From positions 2,688,894 to 2,752,893 of the forward strand of contig JAYQLI010000035.1 in NCBI GenBank assembly GCA_038143065.1: 64,000 nucleotides of DNA. Direction: 5' to 3'. A program made the position numbers and the translations under genes. This DNA comes from Rhodospirillales bacterium (GTDB taxonomy: Bacteria; Pseudomonadota; Alphaproteobacteria; Bin95). Below, piece after piece: positions 47,565-56,905 of the stretch (its first letter is position 1; every line of letters starts with the position of its first letter). The notes below the pieces were generated by a model. The model worked only from the letters and a program-made list of their open reading frames with translations. It did not search any database and had not been told where the DNA came from.

Positions 47565-48452
47565 TCAGGCTCGTTTTTTTAATGTTTCTCTCCAAATTAT
47601 AAAAAGTCCTGATGCAATTACGATCCCTCCACCAAAGAAGGTCCATATGCCAGGTACTTCACCAAACCAGATATAACCTAGCCCGATTGCCCAGAGCACT
47701 CGAACATAATTAAAGGGAGCTACTAATGAGGCATCAGCTACAGCCAGGCTGTGCAGCATGGTTAAGTGGGCAGTAAAACCGAGGCATCCCATAACAGCGA
47801 TGTAGGTAAATTCATCGAAAGATAGCGTTTTCCAATTCGTAATGTACGCGGCGGAAAGCACCAAAATTGAACCAACTAAGAACGAATAGAATAAGGTTGT
47901 CTCGAAACCATCTCGGCCTAAAAGTTTGCGCGATACTATTTGATAAAAGGCAAAGAAAATGGCTCCAACTAGGGGCAAAATCGCAAGCCACTGAAAAATA
48001 GCTGTGCCAGGTTGCATTACGATAGCGGCGCCGCAAAGTCCGACAATCACTGCGGACCATCTGCGCCATCCTACATTCTCTCCAAGCAATGGAGCTGAAA
48101 GAGCAACAACCCAAAGCGGTGATGTGAAACTGATAACTGTTGCCTCAGCAAGAGGCAGGTGCTTAAGGGCAATGAAAAGCATAGAGAGGGACAAGACTAG
48201 CATAACACCTCTAGTTACCTGCAAAACTGGTGCCTTGGTTTCTAAAAGCTGTCTGGGAGTGATGCCTCTCAAAACACCGTAACCAATTGCTAAAAGCCAG
48301 ATAACTAAAAAATAGAAACCAACGACTTCAAGTTGAGGCACGGTATGCATTACTCGTTTGCCCATTGCATCAACAATTCCAATGCAGCTCATCGCAATAA
48401 GCATCAAAATTATCCCCTGAATGGGGCGTTTAGGTGAGACATATTCAGTCAT
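47565..48452 (-). CDS. DMT/EamA family transporter
   Basis: LPLAEAT.I.FTSP, LLGENVG.RRW, APFNY, FGEVP; about 10 TM segments. Confidence 0.92.
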   Translation of the reverse strand: MTEYVSPKRPIQGIILMLIAMSCIGIVDAMGKRVMHTVPQLEVVGFYFLVIWLLAIGYGVLRGITPRQLLETKAPVLQVTRGVMLVLSLSMLFIALKHLPLAEATVISFTSPLWVVALSAPLLGENVGWRRWSAVIVGLCGAAIVMQPGTAIFQWLAILPLVGAIFFAFYQIVSRKLLGRDGFETTLFYSFLVGSILVLSAAYITNWKTLSFDEFTYIAVMGCLGFTAHLTMLHSLAVADASLVAPFNYVRVLWAIGLGYIWFGEVPGIWTFFGGGIVIASGLFIIWRETLKKRA

Positions 48453-48632
48453 CTAAGGACTTTCTGGTGGGCGAAGCAAAATAGTCATCAGCGTAGGTGA
48501 AGCGTCTGGCCCCAAATGCTTGGTGTAGAATTTTACAAACCAAGCTGGAATTTTATCAGGCTGAAGCCTGAACTTGAAATAATCTACTTTGGAAGTTGTT
48601 CGATATAAAATGCGAAAGCTGAAGAGCAGCGT

Positions 48633-48698
48633 GATGAGAAGTGAACGACGGCCTAGATTTCGGCACTGGATTTATTCTTTCGCCGTCGTTCATTCATC
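48633..48698. terminator. Stem-loop just 3' of the GST stop codon; possible terminator or mRNA-stabilising hairpin
   Basis: TGAACGACGGC (48642-48652) and GCCGTCGTTCA (48682-48692) form a perfect 11-bp inverted repeat, extendable by GATGA/TCATC; about 29-nt loop; no clear U-tract. Confidence 0.4.
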
Positions 48699-48703
48699 TG
48701 TTC

Positions 48704-49318
48704 TTAAGGCATAGTGGACTGGAAAGCTTCTGTTGCTTCTAACCGAGCTGCTAACTTAGATAGGTTAGGGACCTGATCGGATGCACTCATTTGGGGGCGA
48801 GCTATATTCGCGAAAGTCAATGCGACCACTGCTGAAATGTCTGCCTGACTAATTTTATCGCCGTAAAGCCAACCTTCGCCATTTGTTTTGCTAGCTACTA
48901 CGTCCAACGCTTTCAGAGCGGAAAGAGCCTGATTTTCGCAGCGCTCAACCCAAGAAGCCTCGATTTTTTCTGGGGCATGAAAGCGACCTTCGTAAACAGC
49001 ACTTACGGTCTTCTCCATGGCGCCGACAGCAGTGGCAACTAATTTCATCGCTTCACGCCTAGGTTGTCCACTTTGAGGCAGAAGTGAGTTAGACCCGGCA
49101 ACTTCATCGAGGTGATCGAGGATCGCAGTTGAATCAATAATGACTTCGCCATTATCGATTTCTAATGCTGGAATTCGCACTACTGGATTTATAGACTGCG
49201 CTTTTTCCCATTCATCAAAGGGAGCAACAACAACCTGCTCGAAAGGTTTTTGCATGATGTTTAAGCTAACAGCAACTCGGCGTACGAAAGGGGAAAGATA
49301 TCGACCATAGAGTTTCAT
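48704..49318 (-). CDS. Glutathione S-transferase family protein
   Basis: LSPFVRRV, INPVVRIPAL, IDSTAILDHLD, ISQADI. Confidence 0.92.
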   Translation of the reverse strand: MKLYGRYLSPFVRRVAVSLNIMQKPFEQVVVAPFDEWEKAQSINPVVRIPALEIDNGEVIIDSTAILDHLDEVAGSNSLLPQSGQPRREAMKLVATAVGAMEKTVSAVYEGRFHAPEKIEASWVERCENQALSALKALDVVASKTNGEGWLYGDKISQADISAVVALTFANIARPQMSASDQVPNLSKLAARLEATEAFQSTMP

Positions 49319-50382
49319 TAATTCAGTCCTTCTTTTTTGTTAATTCGACGCCTTCTTATGCGCCATTCAATATGGTCATCACCAGTAGCCGGAGAGGCCA
49401 CAAGTTCGACGATTAAAAAGCGGTCATGAGACGCTGCGAGGCCTTCTATTAATCCATGCCAAGCTTCGAATACAGCCGGATGGGGCTGATTCATTCCGCG
49501 ACCTAAACGCCAACTGTCCCATTGAACCTGTGCATTGTCGATATCGCCTGATGCAGAAGTCAATGCGCCCTCTGCATCTCCAAGTATCTTGATTAAAGTT
49601 GCAAGGCCAAGTGCACCATTTGCATACCTTGTTAGGCTCAAACCTTTCATAACTTTTTGATAAAGCTGGGCGCCTATTAGAAAGCCTGTATGGCGGCCTA
49701 GATGCCCTCCATCACTTGGGCCGAATAGCTCAGTTAGGAGAGGTAAGCCTGTGCGAACATACTCCATAGCGTAGTTTCGATAAGCTTTGTCGAGGCGATC
49801 CTGTGGCCACTTTTCGGTGGGTAGTTCTGGAGCTTTATCTGGGTCGAAGGGTGGTGGTAGTTCTCCCGGTCGAAAGATTAGTCTTTCATCGGCAGATAAC
49901 TCACGCCCATAGTCTAAAAAATAACCAGCTAAGCCATGTTGTGCATCGGGTGTCTGTGCCGTGCAAACAAATCCGAGGCGTGGATTTTGTAGACTGGGTC
50001 CATTTTCAGCATACCAGCCTTCAAGCATACCTCTTGAGACTTCAGTTGGAATTCCGCAAATGCTTGCGTCTGGGTAGATCCAGCGCGGAGGTGGAAAGCG
50101 AACCCAAGCTTTTGACTCACTTTCGGCCATGTATTCAACGTCAACGCCACCAATCTTGTTTGAGAGGTAATGATAAGCAGCTGCTGCTTGAGCATCAGAT
50201 AACTCTTTGAGCCCTAACTTTTCAAAACTCGAAAGAAATTTCGCCTTATGCTGTCGTCTGAATAAAGCCTTAGTCCAGATACCTGCATCTTTTGCTCCGC
50301 GCTTCAGACTTATGGTTAACATCAATCCAGTCTGAAAAGCGTGATAAAGATCTGCCACTGCTTTAAGTGCACTATCCGTCAC
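49318..50382 (-). CDS. Hypothetical protein (about 354 aa), possibly two V4R-like domains
   Basis: Long ORF; GTG start 1 nt after the bpt/ate stop; TAATG overlap with GST; no recognisable catalytic signature. Confidence 0.8.
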   Translation of the reverse strand: MTDSALKAVADLYHAFQTGLMLTISLKRGAKDAGIWTKALFRRQHKAKFLSSFEKLGLKELSDAQAAAAYHYLSNKIGGVDVEYMAESESKAWVRFPPPRWIYPDASICGIPTEVSRGMLEGWYAENGPSLQNPRLGFVCTAQTPDAQHGLAGYFLDYGRELSADERLIFRPGELPPPFDPDKAPELPTEKWPQDRLDKAYRNYAMEYVRTGLPLLTELFGPSDGGHLGRHTGFLIGAQLYQKVMKGLSLTRYANGALGLATLIKILGDAEGALTSASGDIDNAQVQWDSWRLGRGMNQPHPAVFEAWHGLIEGLAASHDRFLIVELVASPATGDDHIEWRIRRRRINKKEGLN

Positions 50383-50383
50383 C

Positions 50384-51115
50384 TCAGATTTCCACTTCAG
50401 AAACTTTGGTCCATACCCCGTTTTTGAAAGCTTCAAGACCAGGAAAGCGGCGCTTGTAATCCATGGTGTTGCTGCCTTTTATCCAATACCCCAGATAAAT
50501 ATGATCTAAATTTAGCTCTTCTGCCCTGCGAATAAGCTCTAACACGATATATTTGCCTAGACTGCGCTTCTGCTCCTCCGGATCGAAAAAGCTATAGACT
50601 GCAGACAGTGAGTCATTGGCGAGATCTATTAGGCATACCGCTAGTAACTTTCCTTCATGCGTTCGGTGTTCTACCAGAGCGGTATCTACAGATGTGTTCT
50701 CAACCATAGCGCAGTAATCACGCCATTCCATTTCTGCCATGTCACTGTTGCTATGGCGTTGATTTAGGTATTGCTTAAAAAGGTTGAAATGCTCTTCTGT
50801 TGCGCGTGGCGGATGTTCTACCGCGCGTATATCTGAGTTTCGCTTTGATATTCTCCGCATCGACCGAGTTTCTTGAAACCCAAAAACCGGTATTCTTACA
50901 GGCACACAAGCTGAACAACTTTGGCACGCTGGTCTATAGGCCAATCCATGGCTTCGGCGGAAACCAGCTCTTGCAAGGTCGCCAAAAAATGCTCCCGCAT
51001 CATCAGTTTTTAGCTCTATCACTAGTTTTTGTTCCAGACGCCCTGGTAGGTATGGACAAGGTGTAGGAGCTGTTGCGAAGAACTGTCGTATGCGATTTGG
51101 GCGAGGAAGATCCAT
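50384..51115 (-). CDS. bpt: Bacterial ATE1-like aminoacyl-tRNA-protein transferase (Bpt)
   Basis: CPYLPGRLE, GFRRSH..AYRPAC..C..C, LSAVYSFFDP, YLGYWI...MDYK. Confidence 0.92.
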   Translation of the reverse strand: MDLPRPNRIRQFFATAPTPCPYLPGRLEQKLVIELKTDDAGAFFGDLARAGFRRSHGLAYRPACQSCSACVPVRIPVFGFQETRSMRRISKRNSDIRAVEHPPRATEEHFNLFKQYLNQRHSNSDMAEMEWRDYCAMVENTSVDTALVEHRTHEGKLLAVCLIDLANDSLSAVYSFFDPEEQKRSLGKYIVLELIRRAEELNLDHIYLGYWIKGSNTMDYKRRFPGLEAFKNGVWTKVSEVEI

Positions 51116-51268
51116 GAATTCACACTGGTGGCACAATTTTAGAGTGTGGCTAAGCTGAGACTTTATAATATACCGTCTTTATATTCAGCGGCAATCTGGC
51201 CCATTTGGCCATTTGAATGCTAGTTTTAGTCATATTTTTTTAACTCAGCTTCTAATGAGACCTAATTA

Positions 51269-51760
51269 ATGATCGATGCGCGTACATTTAGAGACACTCT
51301 AGGCCGTTTGCCCACTGGTGTTTGCATTATCACTAACTGCAATGATCTTGGAGTGTTAAACGGTGTAACTGTTGGCTCGTTTAGTTCTCTTTCTCTAGAT
51401 CCTCCTCTAGTTTTGTGGAGCCTAGATAAAAAGGCAAACTGTCACGAAGCTTTCCGAGAAGCAAAATCATTTGCGGTAAATGTTCTCTCGGAGGATCAAA
51501 GCGATCTATCAAATATTTTTGCAACGAAGGAAGAAAGACCGTGGTCAGAGTTGCGGCATAGACCAGCCCCCGAGACAGGTGCTCCGCTCTTCGAGAATTG
51601 TTGTGCTTATATTGAATGTCAAATGGAGACAATCCACGAAGGGGGAGATCATGATTTGTTCATTGGACGCGTGGTTCGATTGCACGCCTCAGCCAGTGGT
51701 AGGCCGCTGATATATTTTGGAGGAGCATATCGGCGTATAGATGAAGAACGCGTTGGGTAA
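51269..51760 (+). CDS. Flavin reductase family protein
   Basis: FRDTLGRLPTGV, SLSLDPPLV, FAVNVL, GGDH. Confidence 0.93.
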   Translation: MIDARTFRDTLGRLPTGVCIITNCNDLGVLNGVTVGSFSSLSLDPPLVLWSLDKKANCHEAFREAKSFAVNVLSEDQSDLSNIFATKEERPWSELRHRPAPETGAPLFENCCAYIECQMETIHEGGDHDLFIGRVVRLHASASGRPLIYFGGAYRRIDEERVG

Positions 51761-51852
51761 TCTAAAGCTTTAAACAACGTTGTTTTTTAGTTAATAATCA
51801 ATGGTTTCTGTGACTATTAATTGCTTGTTTTTAAAACCATAAATAATCTTTT

Positions 51853-52857
51853 TTATGGCTGAACAATGACTTTGCCGAATACTTCTCGATCTTCTATTAC
51901 ACGAAGAGCTTCACCCGCTTCTTCCAAGGAATAGATGCGATCAATTGGAGGATTCATTCTACCATCTTCGATCATCTGCATTAAAGATTCCAAATCCTGG
52001 ACAGTCCAAGAATTAGATCCAAGAACTTTCAATTCAAAAGTCCAAATATACCGAATATCGGTTTTAGGGTCATAACCAGCTGTCGCTCCACAAGTGAGAA
52101 CCTTACCGCCACGTTTTAAAGCCTTGAAAGATGGAACCCATGTCTCTCCGCCGGTGAAGTTCACAACTACGTCAACTCCACCATCAAAAGTGCGCCGATG
52201 GGGTTTGCCATATTTTGCGAAGATAGCTTTTTCGAATGCTTCTTCCTCATAGTTGATGCCCCAATCGGCTCCAAGATTTTTAAGTCGATCAATTTTTTCT
52301 TGGCTTGAAGCACCAACTACAACTTCACAACCGGCCATTTTTGCAAGAATGACGCAGCAGGTTCCTACACCGCCCGATGCTCCTAGGACTAAAACCTTGT
52401 CGCCTTTCCGAATATCGCCATTTGTAAACATCATCCTGTGGGCAGTTCCATACGCGACTGGTAATGCTGCTGCCTGTGCAAAACTAACGCCATCAGGCAT
52501 ACGGATTAACTGGCTTTCGTTAGCAAGAAAAAATTCAGCAAGTCCACCATCAAACATTTCGCCTGTTAGGCCACGCTTAGGATCAATGGGATTGATTAGT
52601 ACGCGATCACCTACTGACCAACCCTCAACGCCTTCTCCAAGCTCGACAATTTCACCCGCAACATCCAGGCCAATTATGACGGGAAATGGAACCTTTATTC
52701 CTGGCATACCACGTCGTGTGAACACATCATGGTAGTTGAGTGAACAAGCACCTACCTTAATAATCGCTTGTCCTGGGCCTGGTTTTGGATCGGGATAATC
52801 TGAGTGGTAAACAAGCTTGTCCATGTCACCGTGCTCTGTAAGGACCATTGCTCGCAT
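51853..52857 (-). CDS. MDR-family alcohol dehydrogenase/quinone oxidoreductase-like protein
   Basis: SLNYHD, GLDVAG, GASGGVG, CGATAG, FGKVI. Confidence 0.9.
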   Translation of the reverse strand: MRAMVLTEHGDMDKLVYHSDYPDPKPGPGQAIIKVGACSLNYHDVFTRRGMPGIKVPFPVIIGLDVAGEIVELGEGVEGWSVGDRVLINPIDPKRGLTGEMFDGGLAEFFLANESQLIRMPDGVSFAQAAALPVAYGTAHRMMFTNGDIRKGDKVLVLGASGGVGTCCVILAKMAGCEVVVGASSQEKIDRLKNLGADWGINYEEEAFEKAIFAKYGKPHRRTFDGGVDVVVNFTGGETWVPSFKALKRGGKVLTCGATAGYDPKTDIRYIWTFELKVLGSNSWTVQDLESLMQMIEDGRMNPPIDRIYSLEEAGEALRVIEDREVFGKVIVQP

Positions 52858-53073
52858 ACTTGCGCTCCATATAACTTTGAAATTAAAAGGCAGAAAATTC
52901 GTTCTGTTGCCCAGAATACGAACTTTTCATTTGAGTATGAATACTTCGATTTTTTTTGAGTGCGCGACCAAACAGCTCATTGAAGGAACTGCGAACTGAC
53001 CTCTGGTTAACTTGGCACACAAAATTGAAGTCCATAAATTTGCCTGGGCTTTAGTTGAGAAAGAAATTCCAGC

Positions 53074-53967
53074 CTATTTTTGATTGGCTCGTTGAGCAGA
53101 GTATTGCATTAGCAAAATCCCACCTATGACCATCGTTGCCCCAACAAATTGTCCTGGCTGAAGTGTTTCCCCTACAAGCAGAATGGCAACCGCAATCGTT
53201 GCCACGGGCTGAATGTTATTTGCTACTGCACTGCGCTCTGGTCCGATAATTGGAATTGCAATGTAGAGAAGAGGGATTGAAGCTGCCTGTAATGCTGCAG
53301 CCGCCAGCATCGCACACCAACCAACATTAGATGTAGGTAGTTGCAGCCCTCCGGTGATAACTGCAGCGATGCTTAGAATGATCGCTGCAACAAGGGCCAT
53401 CTGGGTCATTGTGACCAATGGGTCGTGTCCAGATAGAGCGCGAGCAACCCAGGTTAATTGTATGGCGCATACGCAACCAGCGCTCAGCCCTAATAATAGC
53501 CCTCGCCAATCTAATTCCTGGAAGCCAATTCCTAACATCACAGCTAAGCCGCAGAAAGCGATCAGCGTTGCAAAAATCTTTAAAGGTGAGGGCGGCCTTT
53601 TATCGAGTGCTGCAGCAAGTAACGTGGTTAATGGTGGGTACACGATAAACAAAAGTGCGGCTACGGCCGCTGGAATAAACTCTGCAGCCGCGATATTTCC
53701 GTAGAATAGATAAGACATCAGAGCTCCTGCGCCGATGCAATGAAAAGTTATTTGTCTCGGTAGATGAAATCTACGCCCCGTCGCAGAGCAGAAAATCAAT
53801 AGAAAAAATACTAAAAGCCATGCACGAGGTAGCGCTATGGATAAGCCATTTGCTCCCGCTTCATATGCTAGTCTAGCTATAGCTATGGCGCTTCCAAGAC
53901 CGATTGACCCTAGTAGAGAAACGCTCAGGCCAAATGTGTCATTCGACTTTTGTGCCGCCTCTTTCAT
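53074..53967 (-). CDS. DMT/EamA family transporter
   Basis: About 10 TM segments, YP, IGPER, QPVA, GE.L motifs. Confidence 0.88.
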   Translation of the reverse strand: MKEAAQKSNDTFGLSVSLLGSIGLGSAIAIARLAYEAGANGLSIALPRAWLLVFFLLIFCSATGRRFHLPRQITFHCIGAGALMSYLFYGNIAAAEFIPAAVAALLFIVYPPLTTLLAAALDKRPPSPLKIFATLIAFCGLAVMLGIGFQELDWRGLLLGLSAGCVCAIQLTWVARALSGHDPLVTMTQMALVAAIILSIAAVITGGLQLPTSNVGWCAMLAAAALQAASIPLLYIAIPIIGPERSAVANNIQPVATIAVAILLVGETLQPGQFVGATMVIGGILLMQYSAQRANQK

Positions 53968-54078
53968 GTTTCTGCAGCCTTCCAGCTAGAGCAATTTTGA
54001 ATATTGCTGCTTATTCCTTTAAAAGACTGCGATATATTGAATCACAGCAACACCATCTCAAATCAGGAAAAAGAGCTT

Positions 54079-54699
54079 ATGATCCATCTGTACAGCTGGA
54101 ATACCTCCAACGGCAAGAAAATCTCTGTGGCTTTAGAAGAAATGGGTCTCGCTTATGAATTCCATCCGATTGATATTTCTAAAGATGAGCAGTTCCAGCC
54201 TCATTTTCTTAAAATAAGTCCTAACAATCGGATACCAGCTATTATTGATACTGAAGGACCTGACGGAAAAGAAATTAGTGTTTTTGAATCAGGGGCTATC
54301 CTTATTTATTTGGCAGAGAAAACTGGAAAATACATGCCAAAAGATGCTCATAAACGTACTGAAGTTTTAGAATGGCTGATGTGGCAAATGGGAGGCCTCG
54401 GTCCCATGCAAGGCCAAGCCCACCATTTTCGTCGCGCTGCAAAAGAGCAAGTGCCGTATGGCATCAAACGTTACACCGATGAGACTAACAGGCTTTATGG
54501 GGTCTTAGACAGACGGTTAGAAGGTCGTGACTTTATTTGTAACGATCTTTCGATTGCAGATTTTGCATGCATCGGATGGATCAGCCGATGGGAATGGGTT
54601 GATATTGATTGGGCGACATATCCCAATCTAAAAGCCTGGTTTGATCGCATGATGGCTCGCCCAGCTGTAGCAAAAGGAATGGATATACAAGCGGTCTGA
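54079..54699 (+). CDS. Glutathione S-transferase, YfcG-like
   Basis: TSNGKK, SPNNRIPAI, FESGAIL.YLAEK, WQMGGLGPMQGQ.HHF, SIAD. Confidence 0.92.
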   Translation: MIHLYSWNTSNGKKISVALEEMGLAYEFHPIDISKDEQFQPHFLKISPNNRIPAIIDTEGPDGKEISVFESGAILIYLAEKTGKYMPKDAHKRTEVLEWLMWQMGGLGPMQGQAHHFRRAAKEQVPYGIKRYTDETNRLYGVLDRRLEGRDFICNDLSIADFACIGWISRWEWVDIDWATYPNLKAWFDRMMARPAVAKGMDIQAV

Positions 54700-54772
54700 G
54701 CATTACATCGACATCCACATCTTTTTCGATTGATTTTAGTAGCGCGCCTCATTTAAGCAATTCGCTCCAATC

Positions 54773-54822
54773 AAGAAAAAGCTGAAGATTTTGTCTGTAG
54801 GTCACTCGGACAAAATCTCTTC
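54773..54822 (-). terminator. Intrinsic-terminator-like hairpin overlapping the stop codon of the CoA-transferase gene
   Basis: AGATTTTGTC...GACAAAATCT perfect 10-bp inverted repeat with a 13-nt loop containing the TGA; followed on the minus strand by CAGCTTTTTCTT. Confidence 0.5.
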
Positions 54823-55971
54823 CCGGTGTTGGTCTAGTGCTGGTGGTGGACGATCTAATTTTGGCCCATCCTCATTCGCTTTAAATGCGGCTCCGATGCC
54901 CGGTACCGGTTGATCAAGCCCTTGGACATTATTGAATGTTAGAAGAACATCGCGGTGGGCAAGCGTTGGATGGTTTAGTGCATCGGGTATGGGAAGTTGG
55001 GGTGCAGCTGGTACGCCAACTGCCGCCAATCTTTTTTCCCAGTTGAAAGCATTGTCGCTAGCTAAGCCAGCTTCCATTGCTGCTTTGACAGCCTCGGGGT
55101 TGTTTTTACGAGCAGCGGTATCTCTAAATTTTGGGTCATCTGCCAATTCTGGCTTTCCAAATGCCTTGGCCAAGCCTCGCCAATGTCCGTCTGTCAGAGC
55201 GCTAATCATTAAGTTCCCCTCGCCAGTCTTAAATAAGCCTGAGGTGGGCAATAATGCAGGGGATGAATTCCCCATCAGAGGTTGTTCAAACCCAATTGCC
55301 TGATATTGCACGATTGCCTGCGCTTGCATTGTTAAAGCTACATCAAACATCGCAACGTCTAGATGTTGGCCTTTACCTGTTTGGCTGCGGCGGAATAAAG
55401 CTGAAGCTACAGAGAAAGCAGCCGTCATTCCCGTAGCCATATCCACTACATTAAAGCCAACTCTGCACGGACCAGTTTCTGGATGTCCAGTGAGTGCAAT
55501 CATACCAGAGACAGCCTGGATTGCGCCATCATAGGCTGGCGCTCCAGCGTAAGGCCCTTCTTGCCCATAGCCAGATATGGAGCAGTAAATGATATTCGGC
55601 TTAATTTTTTTTGCCCATGAGTACCCATACCCTAATTTATCGATAGCTCCTGCTTTAAAATTTTGAATAACAACGTCAGCGGATTTGACTAGTTTTTCTA
55701 GAATTGGCCGCGTTTCTGGCGATTTCAGATCAAGGGCAATAGATCTTTTACCCGCATTCACGCTCAAAAAGATGGGAGAAAACCCCGCTTGTCCAAGTTC
55801 GTTATCGCCCATGATTGATCGACCTTGGTCACCACCCGCCTTTCCAGGTTGGGCTGGTTGTTCGATCTTGATAACATCTGCGCCAAGGAGAGCCATTTGC
55901 TCCGCGCAAAATGGCCCTGCCAGCACTTGTGTGAAATCAATTACTCTTATTCCTGCAAAAGCGCGGGCCAT
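54802..55971 (-). CDS. Family III CoA-transferase
   Basis: DFTQVLAGP, GADVIKIE, NAGKRS, YDGAIQAVSG, catalytic Asp in NVVD. Confidence 0.92.
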   Translation of the reverse strand: MARAFAGIRVIDFTQVLAGPFCAEQMALLGADVIKIEQPAQPGKAGGDQGRSIMGDNELGQAGFSPIFLSVNAGKRSIALDLKSPETRPILEKLVKSADVVIQNFKAGAIDKLGYGYSWAKKIKPNIIYCSISGYGQEGPYAGAPAYDGAIQAVSGMIALTGHPETGPCRVGFNVVDMATGMTAAFSVASALFRRSQTGKGQHLDVAMFDVALTMQAQAIVQYQAIGFEQPLMGNSSPALLPTSGLFKTGEGNLMISALTDGHWRGLAKAFGKPELADDPKFRDTAARKNNPEAVKAAMEAGLASDNAFNWEKRLAAVGVPAAPQLPIPDALNHPTLAHRDVLLTFNNVQGLDQPVPGIGAAFKANEDGPKLDRPPPALDQHREEILSE

Positions 55972-56275
55972 CTAGTTCTCCTATATCAACGAAGTGTAGA
56001 ATAGTCGTTCTTTTGTCATATGCTCAACGCCGAAGTGTTGAAGGGGCAAATAAGTATCGTTCTAGGGGGAGCGGAAAATAAGGCAGAATAAGAAAATCTA
56101 TAAATTTTGGAGGTGTCGTATTTGCAAGGATTTGTATTTGAATTTACCTGCTGGGGTGAATTCAACTGGCTTCAGGAAGTATAAATTTAGGCAATCAAGG
56201 CCAACAAAATTAAATGCAATGCTGATTTTAGATTAATTAGAAATTTGCACCCCGTTTCAGAGGATTTTCAACCAT

Positions 56276-56905
56276 ATGAAACAAGATAGGGCCCTATACG
56301 TATTCGGTTATGGATCTTTAATGTGGAGGCCTGACTTTCCATATGTTTGGTGCAGCCCTGCCCTTGCACTTGGGCATAGTCGAAAGCTGTGCGTGTGGTC
56401 TTCGACTTATCGTGGTAGTCCTGAACGGCCAGGCTTAGTATTTGGGTTAGACATCACACCAGGCTGTACTGCGCCGGGAATGCTCTTCAAAGTTGATGGG
56501 ATGGACCGGCGAAAAGTTATTCACTACCTCTTTCAACGTGAATTAATTTATCCGATCTATCAGCCTAGTCGAGTGATAGTAGAAGTAGAGAATAACACTC
56601 TTCCCGCGCTCACTTTCACTGTAGATCGAGATGATCCTGCTTATGCGATCGAGATAAATAGGGATGTGCGTAGAGCTGCCATTGCATCTGGAGCGGGAAG
56701 GGCTGGCCGCGCAAAAGATTATCTTGCAAATGCGTTGTCAAAATTGCGCGAATTGGGCGTTCATGAGCCTGAGTTGGAAGCAGACCTGATAGCTGCTGAG
56801 GATTTGCGGGACGACCCTCAGCTACTTTTTAGCCTCATCAATCAAGCGATGCGTCGCCGTCTCGATTTGGTGTTCAAGCCTGCGCATGAACGTCCGCCGG
56901 TCTAG
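56276..56905 (+). CDS. chaC: ChaC-like gamma-glutamylcyclotransferase
   Basis: VFGYGSLMW, YRGSPERPGLV, RE, G.G..G...DYL. Confidence 0.9.
   Translation: MKQDRALYVFGYGSLMWRPDFPYVWCSPALALGHSRKLCVWSSTYRGSPERPGLVFGLDITPGCTAPGMLFKVDGMDRRKVIHYLFQRELIYPIYQPSRVIVEVENNTLPALTFTVDRDDPAYAIEINRDVRRAAIASGAGRAGRAKDYLANALSKLRELGVHEPELEADLIAAEDLRDDPQLLFSLINQAMRRRLDLVFKPAHERPPV

Noticed and set aside
51772-51790. Palindrome AAACAACGTTGTTT followed by Ts after the flavin reductase
   Set aside because: AT-rich stem with essentially no loop; too weak to call as a terminator or operator.
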